Shown here: in pieces, positions 19,401 to 26,687 of the stretch
How positions within the stretch are numbered: the stretch's first letter is position 1
How the letters are laid out: every line of letters begins with the position of its first letter
Source: Candidatus Cryptobacteroides sp.
GTDB taxonomy: Bacteria > Bacteroidota > Bacteroidia > Bacteroidales > UBA932
NCBI GenBank assembly: GCA_045111695.1
Contig: JBGUGW010000092.1
Location: 1 to 34,192 of the forward strand
Direction of reading: 5' to 3'
Length of the DNA stretch: 34,192 nt
The notes under the pieces: model-generated
Told to the model about the DNA's origin: nothing
What the model saw: only the letters and a program-made list of their open reading frames with translations
Databases searched by the model: none
Translations under genes and position numbers: made by a program

Positions 19401-20807
19401 CTTTTCTATGACTTTCTCGATGAACGAAGGGGTGACGGGAAGGAAGTATATCTTGTCAGCGATGCCCTCGCTGGTCTGGACGGTGGCGATGTTGGGATTG
19501 ATGAGGATGGTGGAAATACCTTCCTCGCGCAGGGCCTTGAGGGCCTGGGAACCGGAGTAGTCGAATTCGCCGGCTTCGCCTATCTTGAGCGCTCCCGAGC
19601 CGAGGACGAGGACCTTTGATATCTTTCCGGGGAGGTCGGGCGGCGTGACATGACGCTTCAGATGCCCGCTGATGGGGGCCTTGCCGCAGTTGCGGTCCTC
19701 TTCCATCAGGTCGGTGAAGCGGTCGAAGAGCGACTCCGTGTCGAGCGGACCGCCGCTGGCCTCGGGATGGAACTGGACGGAGAACCAGGGCATAGTCATG
19801 TGCTCAAGGCCTTCGTTGGAGCCATCGTTCATGTTGACCAGCAGGGCTTTCCATCCTTCCGGCAGGGAGTCGTTGTCAATGGCGTATCCGTGGTTCTGGC
19901 TGGTGATAAAGCACTTGTCAGTGCCGGCGAGGCGGGCTGGCTGGTTGTGGCCGCGGTGGCCGTATTTCAGTTTGAAGACCTTTGCCCCCGCGGCGATGCC
20001 CAGCAGCTGGTTGCCGAGGCAGATACCCATAACGGGCCTGGCGTGGCCGGTCTTCCGGGCTTCTTCCTCTCCTTGTGCGAGGGCGCGCCTGAGTATCTCG
20101 ATGGTCTTCCTGCATTCCTCGGGATTGCCGGGGCCGTTGCTGAGGAAGATTCCGTCATAGTCCATGCCGGTATAGTCGTAATCCCAGGGGACGCGGATGA
20201 CTTCGATACCGCGTGAGAGAAGGCAGCGTATGATGTTGTATTTGCAGCCGCAGTCCACAAGGACGACGGTCTTTTTCGCCGGGCCGTCCGGCTTGTAGCG
20301 CATGACTTCCTTGCAGGATACTTCAGCGACGAAGTTGTGCTTGCCGTATTCCGGCCATTCCTTGTCGGAGACATCAATCCCCTCGGGGACGATGCGCCCG
20401 TGCATGACTCCGCGCTCGCGGAGGATCTTGGTGAGTGCCCGGGTGTCGATGCCGGTGATGGCGGGGACACCCTCGCGCTTCAGCCACTCGTCGAGGCTTT
20501 CCTCGGCGTCCCAGTGGCTGTACTCCTTGCTGTAGTCAGCCACCACGAGGCCGCTGGCGTAAATGCGGTTGCCCTCGAAATGCTCTTCCAGCCCGTTCTC
20601 CACGCGTCCGTGGGCGGGTACTCCGTAATTGCCGATGAGGGGGAAAGTGGAGACAAGGATCTGTCCGGCGTAAGAAGGGTCGGTGAGACTCTCAGGGTAG
20701 CCGGTCATGGCGGTGTTGAACACGATTTCACCGGCTGCCTCACTCAAGCTTCCAAAGGCGTTTCCCTCGAACCGGGAACCGTCTTCCAGGATTAAGTTCG
20801 CTTTCAT
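16425..20807 (-). CDS. carAB: Carbamoyl-phosphate synthase, fused small (CarA) and large (CarB) subunits
   Basis: One frame from ATG 20807. CarA part: [28 protein letters not shown], QFHPE. After a short linker, CarB part: [45 protein letters not shown], second repeat [17 protein letters not shown] and a C-terminal MGS-like domain. Confidence 0.95.
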   Translation of the reverse strand: [1460 protein letters not shown]

Positions 20808-20811
20808 ACAC

Positions 20812-20842
20812 AAAAAACCGATTCCGTCCTTGGAGGGAATCG
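20812..20842 (-). terminator. Terminator-like hairpin in the carAB-pyrG 5' UTR (candidate attenuator)
   Basis: Minus strand CGATTCC-CTCCAAGGAC-GGAATCG then GTTTTTTG; the U tract ends 4 nt before the carAB ATG. Confidence 0.6.
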
Positions 20843-20870
20843 CGAAAGGGGATTTCTACTAACCGGGAAA

Positions 20871-20902
20871 CAAAATTAGCAAAAAGAAATTCCGTATGCA
20901 AA
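20871..20902 (-). promoter_or_regulatory. Promoter of carAB-pyrG
   Basis: Minus strand TTTG(20902-20899), 20-nt spacer, TAATTTTG(20878-20871). Confidence 0.7.
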
Positions 20903-20909
20903 CATTTTT

Positions 20910-20917
20910 TAACTTTG
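20910..20917 (+). promoter_or_regulatory. -7 element of the divergent DUF2130 promoter
   Basis: TAACTTTG 33 nt before ATG 20951, back-to-back with the carAB promoter. Confidence 0.5.
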
Positions 20918-20950
20918 TAAGGATTGCCGTTTTGGCCGGTATATAGGAGT

Positions 20951-22117
20951 ATGAGAGAATTGAAATGTCCCAAGTGCGGAAGTGTTTTTTCCGTGGACGA
21001 GGCTGATTACGCCTCGATTTTGAGTCAGGTGAAGGGCGCCGAATTCGACGCCGAAGTGGCGCGTCGCGTCGAGGAACTTAACCGCCAGCATAAGGATGCG
21101 ATGCGGATCGCTTTGCTGCAGGAGCAGCAGAGGGCGGGGGAGACCCTCCGCGCCCGGGAGGCCGAAATCACGAAGTTGAAGGCTGATGCCCAGCTGGCAA
21201 AATCGGCGGCTGAGCTTCGCGAACGCGGGCTCAAGACCGAGTTCGCGGCGCAGATGCAGGTCGCGAAGTCCGAGGCCGCCGTGCGCGAGAACAGCATCAA
21301 GGAGTCGTTTGAGGGCAAGCTGAAGGCGGCCGAGGAGCAGGTGGCCTATTATAAGGACCTCAAGACGCGCCTCTCCACCAAGATGGTGGGCGAGACGCTA
21401 GAGGTGCATTGCAGCACCATCTTCAACGGCGAGATGCGCCCGATGTTCCCGAACGCCTATTTCGAGAAGGACAATGACGCTTCCGGAGGTTCCAAGGGCG
21501 ATTTCATTTTCCGGGATTTCGTGGACGGATTCGAATATATCTCCATCATGTTCGAGATGAAGAACGAGATGGACGAGACCGCGACCAAGCACAAGAACGA
21601 GGATTTCTTCAAGAAACTGGACGCTGACCGCAACGCCAAGGGCTGCGAGTACGCAGTGCTGGTGTCGCTGCTGGAACCTGACAGCGAGCTGTACAACGGC
21701 GGCATCGTGGACGTGTCGTACCGCTATCCAAAGATGTACGTGATCCGGCCGCAGTTCTTCAAGTCGATGATCACCCTGCTGGTGGGTGCTGCGCGCAAGA
21801 CCGTGGACTACCAGCGGCAGCTGGCCGAGGCGCGCAGCCAGTCGATAGACGTGACCAATTTCGAGGACAAGCTGATGGCGTTCAAGGATTCGTTCGGACG
21901 TAACTATCGCCTGGCCAGCGAGAAGTTCCGTACTGCCATCGAGGAGATCGACAAATCCATAGCCCACCTGCAGAAAATCAAGGATGCGCTCATCGGGTCC
22001 GAGAACAATCTTCGGATTGCCAACGACAAGGCCGATGCGCTGACTATCAAGAAATTGACCAAGGACAATCCCACGATGAGGGCAAAACTGGAAGAACTGT
22101 CCTCAAGGCCTGACTGA
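20951..22117 (+). CDS. DUF2130-like protein (CxxC, coiled coil, PD-(D/E)xK-like domain)
   Basis: [10 protein letters not shown] start, long coiled coil, [30 protein letters not shown] and YAVLVSLLE; family recognised from memory. Confidence 0.8.
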   Translation: MRELKCPKCGSVFSVDEADYASILSQVKGAEFDAEVARRVEELNRQHKDAMRIALLQEQQRAGETLRAREAEITKLKADAQLAKSAAELRERGLKTEFAAQMQVAKSEAAVRENSIKESFEGKLKAAEEQVAYYKDLKTRLSTKMVGETLEVHCSTIFNGEMRPMFPNAYFEKDNDASGGSKGDFIFRDFVDGFEYISIMFEMKNEMDETATKHKNEDFFKKLDADRNAKGCEYAVLVSLLEPDSELYNGGIVDVSYRYPKMYVIRPQFFKSMITLLVGAARKTVDYQRQLAEARSQSIDVTNFEDKLMAFKDSFGRNYRLASEKFRTAIEEIDKSIAHLQKIKDALIGSENNLRIANDKADALTIKKLTKDNPTMRAKLEELSSRPD

Positions 22118-22941
22118 TGAAAGGGGTGCTGAGGTATACGCTGATGGTTGCGGCGGCTGCGGCGCTGCCGGCCTTGGCCGGCTGCCGCGGCGGCTCCGGC
22201 GGAGCCGGGCAGGCCAGCACACGGCAGGCTGCGGCGGAAGCCGCGGCGCCTGCCGCCTCTGCCACCTCTGTCGCCCCCGCGTCTCCCGTGTTCTTAGCGC
22301 ACACCTCCTTAGCACCCACCTCATTCGCGCCCGGGGACATCGTCCCCTCCGTCGCCGACACCGCCGCTTTCTTCTCCGCCGCCCCCATTGACAGCGCGGT
22401 CTTCGCCCGGATGTCCGGCCGGTCCTACAAGGACGGCTGCCCCGTCGCGGTGGAGGACCTCCGGTACCTCCGCGTCCTGCACAAGGACCTCTCCGGCCGG
22501 ACGCTGGTCGGCGAAATGGTCGCCAACCGCTCCATCGCTGACGACCTTTTGGAGATATTCCGCGTCTTGTATGACACCGGATATCCCATCGAGCGGATGC
22601 GACTGATCGACGACTACGACGGCGATGACGAGGCGTCCATGCTGGCCAACAACAGCTCATGTTTCAACTACCGGCGCAAGGCCCACATGAGCTCCGACTC
22701 CAAGCACGCTTACGGCGAGGCAGTCGACATCAATCCGCTCTACAATCCCTATTACCGTGTCACGCCCGCGGGCGCGCGCATCGTCGAGCCCGCCTCCGCC
22801 GCGCCCTATGTCGACCGCGCCGCGGACTTCCCCTACAAGATCGAGCGCGGCGACCTCTGCCACCGCCTATTCCTCGAGCACGGCTTCCACTGGGGCGGCT
22901 CCTGGACCCGCTCCAAGGACTACCAGCACTTCGAGCGCTAG
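22117..22941 (+). CDS. Lipoprotein, M15-family zinc peptidase (peptidoglycan carboxy-/endopeptidase)
   Basis: Lipobox LAGC, Ala-rich linker, NNSSCFNYR, SKHAYGEAVDINP (SxHxxGxAxD) and WGGSW...DYQHFE; TGATG overlap with the upstream gene. Confidence 0.85.
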   Translation: MKGVLRYTLMVAAAAALPALAGCRGGSGGAGQASTRQAAAEAAAPAASATSVAPASPVFLAHTSLAPTSFAPGDIVPSVADTAAFFSAAPIDSAVFARMSGRSYKDGCPVAVEDLRYLRVLHKDLSGRTLVGEMVANRSIADDLLEIFRVLYDTGYPIERMRLIDDYDGDDEASMLANNSSCFNYRRKAHMSSDSKHAYGEAVDINPLYNPYYRVTPAGARIVEPASAAPYVDRAADFPYKIERGDLCHRLFLEHGFHWGGSWTRSKDYQHFER

Positions 22942-23023
22942 GGGCTTGCGTATGTTCTTGACCACTTGCTTTCATCATTGGCTGCCAATATCGAGCAAGC
23001 GCAAAAGTGGCATTTTACGCAAG

Positions 23024-23083
23024 TAAATGCGGCAGAGGGTACATTGTAATCCCGCCTCTGCCGCGTTTTTGCCTCTGGAAGGC
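23024..23083. repeat. REP-like palindromic element, copy 1
   Basis: 14-bp stem AAATGCGGCAGAGG(23025-23038)/CCTCTGCCGCGTTT(23055-23068); 54/60 nt identical in direct orientation to 24244-24303. Confidence 0.85.
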
Positions 23084-23135
23084 AGAAAGTGCTCTTGCGC
23101 TTTATTGCGAAAGCCAATATTCCCTTTCTTCGGAA

Positions 23136-23984
23136 CTATGTCAGCAACTTCAAGTCCTCCGGTTTGAGGAGCAGGGCTTTGGCTAGGCTGGCCGAGCGGC
23201 TGGAGATACCTTCCCGGATCATCTTCGCCGCAATGGCCAGGCGTATACGGATATCGACCTTTACGAGGGTTTTGCCGCAGGCGCTGACGCAGTACTCATT
23301 GCCAATACGGCGTAGGTCCTGGATGCTTCGGGACTCCAGATAGATGCGATGAATCTCCTGCTTCATGGCCGCCTCATCCTCCCTCCTGACATAGAGGAAA
23401 GCGATGAATGTCCTGACAGACTTGAACAGCTGCTCGACAAATACATAATCGATAAAACTCTCCGGCAGGATCCGGCCTTCAGTATCTATCATCCAGTCTT
23501 CGGGAAGCTTCATCCTTGTCTCGAACATGCGGTACTGCTCCCTCAGCGACAGGTCTCCCAGACGGCTTGATGCCGGTCGGCTCACTAACTCGGAGAAGTA
23601 GATGTTGCCCGAGCCCCAGCGGTATTCTCCCGGCATTTTCCGGTAGAAATCCAGGCAGTTCCTATATACATACATGAACTTGGACAAGGCTTCCTTCGCC
23701 GTCCCGACTTTGGTGAGCGCAAGATGCACCCTGGCGAAATACTTCGCAAGACGCATCTGAAGCGATGCCTTGAACCGCCTGGCCCTGCTCTCTTCGCCGC
23801 GGACCATAGTATGCAGGTGAGTGTCATTGACTGTGGAGACCAGTACCTTCACACCGACAATCTCAGCGCAGACGGCCACGCTGTTCCATGCGCAGGTCTT
23901 GTCCTCGTCCGTGTCGAACGGGATGTCCGCCCGCGTCCCGTCGGAGAATACATGCCAGATGTCCCGGATTTCTTCGTCCTTCAT
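23136..23984 (-). mobile_element. HUH/Y1 tyrosine transposase-like protein (REP-associated, RAYT-like), 282 aa
   Basis: Motif order WHVFSDG, F.TDED, VNDTHLH (HUH), MYVYRN (candidate catalytic Tyr), EYRWGS and a C-terminal helical/HTH-like tail; flanked by two REP-like palindromes. Confidence 0.72.
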
Positions 23985-24243
23985 TTTTTTCGTGCAATGT
24001 ACGCGACCTTATCCATTTACGCAAAATGGAAATGGATAAAGGGAAAAAACGGCCTCGGAGTCATCTGCAATGCCTATAATCTGATATCTTTCCTATTAGT
24101 AATCATAGGCCTCCCTCTTCTCAGAAAGGAATGTCTGCCCTGGTTGTCCGCTCAGCCTCAGCCGGTTGCGCGATGCGTTTCGACTATCGAACTCTCTTTG
24201 GACGCCAAGTGTCCGCGAGAGCACTTTCGGCGTTTCGCGGCGA

Positions 24244-24303
24244 TAAATGCGGCAGGGGGCACATTGTGATGCCGCCTCTGCCGCGTTTTTGCCTCTGTGA
24301 GGC
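24244..24303. repeat. REP-like palindromic element, copy 2
   Basis: Stem AAATGCGGCAGGGG/CCTCTGCCGCGTTT (24245-24288) followed by a small GCCTC-TGT-GAGGC hairpin; near-identical to 23024-23083. Confidence 0.85.
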
Positions 24304-24410
24304 CGGTTTTGCGCTCGGTCGGAATCGGGGGAAGAGCAAGATCGAGGAAGGTGTATCCGAAAAAAGTTAATATTTCTACTAAAAAAATTAGGAGATATGA
24401 AAATTATGCC

Positions 24411-24418
24411 TATATTTG
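24411..24418 (+). promoter_or_regulatory. -7 promoter element upstream of the blaI-like gene
   Basis: TATATTTG followed by CA in AT-rich context, about 95 nt before ATG 24512. Confidence 0.55.
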
Positions 24419-24511
24419 CAGTAGGAGAGAGTGGGTGGAGCCGGAGAGCGCAAGTGGAGGACGGGGCTCAGGAGGCTCATGATGATAGGGAAAATCAATG
24501 AATACTGATAT

Positions 24512-24880
24512 ATGAAATCAAGACTGACAGCGAAAGAAGAGGACATCATGCAGATTGTCTGGGACAACGGTGACCTGTTCATCAGGGACATCGTTGCGAA
24601 GATGCCAGAGCCGAAGCCCAACTACAACACTGTGGCGACGCAGGTCAAGTTTCTGGAGGAGAAGGGATTCCTCGGGAGGAGGCCGATGGCTAACAGTTTC
24701 CAGTATACCGCTCTGATCTCCGAGAAGGAGTACCGCGGGTCTACTATCGGGGACGTCGTCGCCAAGTATTATGGCAATTCGTACCTGCAGCTGGTGTCGC
24801 AGTTCGTGGAGGATGACAAGATGGACCTGGACGAGCTCAAGGAACTGATCTCTCAGATTGAGATGAACAAGGGAAAGTAA
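24512..24880 (+). CDS. BlaI/MecI/CopY-family transcriptional repressor
   Basis: LTAKEEDIMQIVW, PNYNTVAT..KFLEEKGFL winged helix and YYGNSYLQLVSQFV dimerisation region; precedes an M56 gene. Confidence 0.92.
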   Translation: MKSRLTAKEEDIMQIVWDNGDLFIRDIVAKMPEPKPNYNTVATQVKFLEEKGFLGRRPMANSFQYTALISEKEYRGSTIGDVVAKYYGNSYLQLVSQFVEDDKMDLDELKELISQIEMNKGK

Positions 24881-24903
24881 TGGTGATTGACAGGGATTGA
24901 GCA

Positions 24904-26418
24904 ATGATAACCTTTCTACTATACATTCTCAGAAGCAGCCTGTACCTGGCTGTGTTCTACGCCTTCTTCCTGCTGGTGATGCGGAGGACGTCTCTGTTCC
25001 GCTTCAACCGCCTGATGCTTTTGGCGGGAAGTGTCGTCTGCTTCGTGCTGCCGCTGATGCGGCTGCGGGTGGCGGCGGCGACGGAGATGGCGGCGGAATC
25101 CGCCATCGTGGGGCCGCTGACGGCTGTCGGCGTTGCGGCGGAGCCGCTCGGCGCCGACGCCCCCGCCGGCACGGCGGCCTTCGTGCTCCTGCTCCTGTAC
25201 GTCGCAGGAGCCGCCGCCGTGCTCGCCTTTACGGCCGTTTCGGCCATGCGGCTCGCCCGCCTCATCCGCGCGGGCCGCACCACGCAGGAGGACGGCTACC
25301 GCCTGACCCTCCTGGACGGCGATGTCTCCTCCTTCAGCTGGGGCCGTCACGTCGTGATGAGCCGCAGGGACCTGGAGACCAGTCCCTCCATCCTGACCCA
25401 CGAGCGGATGCATGTCAGCAAGCTGCATTCCCTCGACATAGCCCTCTTTACGGCGATCGCGACCCTGCACTGGTTCAACCCGCTGGTCTGGATCACTTAC
25501 TCCGAACTCAAGCTCCTGCATGAGTACGAAGCCGACGAAGGCGTCATCAACAACGGCATCGATGCAACCCAATACCAACTCCTACTTGTGAAGAAAGCCG
25601 TCGGAGAGCACCGCTTCTCCCTGGCCAACGGCTTCCGTCACTCCAAACTTAAAAACAGAATCGCCATGATGATCAAACCCCACACTTCGGGATGGATGCG
25701 CCTGGCATACGGCGCCGTCCTCCCTATACTTGCAGTCCTAATGTTCGCCTGCAACCCAGCCCGCGAGCAGCAGGAACCGGAACCTGTGCCTGACTCTTTC
25801 CAGATTGCCACAGAAAATGGTGAAGGTTGGAGCAGGAGCTATACCGAGTCGCTTCGGGATGTGATAAACAAGCTCGAAAGTATAAACATCGACGAAAAAG
25901 AATTGAAAGTCCTCCGTGACCTGGCCGACCAATACGAAAAGGAAGCCAAGGGCAAGGCAGATGAAGAGACGCTCCGCAGCATCTCCAAGCAGTTCATGAG
26001 CAAGGTCAGCAGCATAACCGGCCCGCTCAGGGAGGACAGACCGGATGATGCCGGGAAGACCGTTACAGTGACAAAGGCAGATGTCTCCGATGGCGAGGCC
26101 GTTCCGTTCAGTGTCCTGGAAGTCAAGCCTACCTTCAACGGCGAGAGTGCCAATGCTTTCTCTGAATGGGTCAACTCCCATTTGAAGTATCCCGAAGAGG
26201 CCAAGGCGGCGGGCGAACAAGGCCGGGTAACCCTTCAGTTCACTATCGGAACTGACGGCGCCGTGAGTAACGTAAAGGTACTGCGCGGTGTAAGCGAGTC
26301 ACTCGATGCGGAGGCGCTCCGTGTCGTCAGTTCCTCACCGAACTGGGAGCCCGGGCAAGTCAACGGTAAGCCCGTGTCTGTCATCTTCACTTTCCCTGTC
26401 GTTTACAAACTGAAGTAG
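24904..26418 (+). CDS. BlaR1-like M56 metallopeptidase fused to a C-terminal TonB domain
   Basis: N-terminal TM helices, HERMH (HExxH), HWFNPLVW, HEYEADE and LKNRIAMM; C-terminal YPEEAK..GEQGRV...LDAEALRVV...WEPG TonB_C pattern. Confidence 0.9.
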   Translation: MITFLLYILRSSLYLAVFYAFFLLVMRRTSLFRFNRLMLLAGSVVCFVLPLMRLRVAAATEMAAESAIVGPLTAVGVAAEPLGADAPAGTAAFVLLLLYVAGAAAVLAFTAVSAMRLARLIRAGRTTQEDGYRLTLLDGDVSSFSWGRHVVMSRRDLETSPSILTHERMHVSKLHSLDIALFTAIATLHWFNPLVWITYSELKLLHEYEADEGVINNGIDATQYQLLLVKKAVGEHRFSLANGFRHSKLKNRIAMMIKPHTSGWMRLAYGAVLPILAVLMFACNPAREQQEPEPVPDSFQIATENGEGWSRSYTESLRDVINKLESINIDEKELKVLRDLADQYEKEAKGKADEETLRSISKQFMSKVSSITGPLREDRPDDAGKTVTVTKADVSDGEAVPFSVLEVKPTFNGESANAFSEWVNSHLKYPEEAKAAGEQGRVTLQFTIGTDGAVSNVKVLRGVSESLDAEALRVVSSSPNWEPGQVNGKPVSVIFTFPVVYKLK

Positions 26419-26447
26419 AAAAAGTTTTTAAAAATTCTGCAAAAGTC

Positions 26448-26478
26448 TTGCATATTAAGATTCCATTCCCTACCTTTG
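26448..26478 (+). promoter_or_regulatory. Promoter of the trp leader/trpB2
   Basis: TTG(26448-26450), 20-nt spacer, TACCTTTG(26471-26478). Confidence 0.75.
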
Positions 26479-26485
26479 GAACAGA

Positions 26486-26542
26486 ATGAGACTTGAAAGC
26501 AACATAGCCAACCTGTTTTTCTGGTGGCGTCTGGGCGAATAG
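26486..26542 (+). CDS. trpL: Tryptophan attenuator leader peptide (18 aa)
   Basis: ATG...TAG encodes MRLESNIANLFFWWRLGE with tandem TGG TGG, between a promoter and a terminator upstream of trpB2. Confidence 0.85.
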   Translation: MRLESNIANLFFWWRLGE

Positions 26543-26602
26543 ATCGGTCAGACTCTTAAGATGTTGCGCAATGCTCGCCGGAGATTTCCGGGCTGAAATA
26601 TC

Positions 26603-26635
26603 AAGGGCTGTCCGATTTGGGGACGGCCCTTTTTT
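26603..26635 (+). terminator. Attenuator terminator upstream of trpB2
   Basis: AAGGGCTGTCC-GATTTGG-GGACGGCCCTT followed by a T run. Confidence 0.88.
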
Positions 26636-26687
26636 GTGGATAATTATTAATTTGAAATAAATATTAACCTTAACAAACAGACGCATT

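Noticed and set aside
22293-22322. 15-bp tandem duplication (LAHTS/LAPTS) in the M15 lipoprotein linker
   Set aside because: Two imperfect in-frame copies in a low-complexity linker; no functional signal.
24072-24110. Imperfect inverted repeat GCCTATAATCTGATA...TATTAGTAATCATAGGC upstream of the transposase-like gene
   Set aside because: Several mismatches and bulges, single copy and no assignable role.
23024-24303. CRISPR array or classical IS with terminal inverted repeats and target duplication
   Set aside because: There are only two repeat copies 1.2 kb apart, with no spacers or cas genes, no DDE motif and no evident target-site duplication.
24376-24425. Possible BlaI operator half-sites (CTAA-N5-TTAG; CCTA-N9-TAGG) around the promoter
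   Set aside because: Short, with inconsistent spacing in AT-rich DNA; cannot be told from chance by eye.
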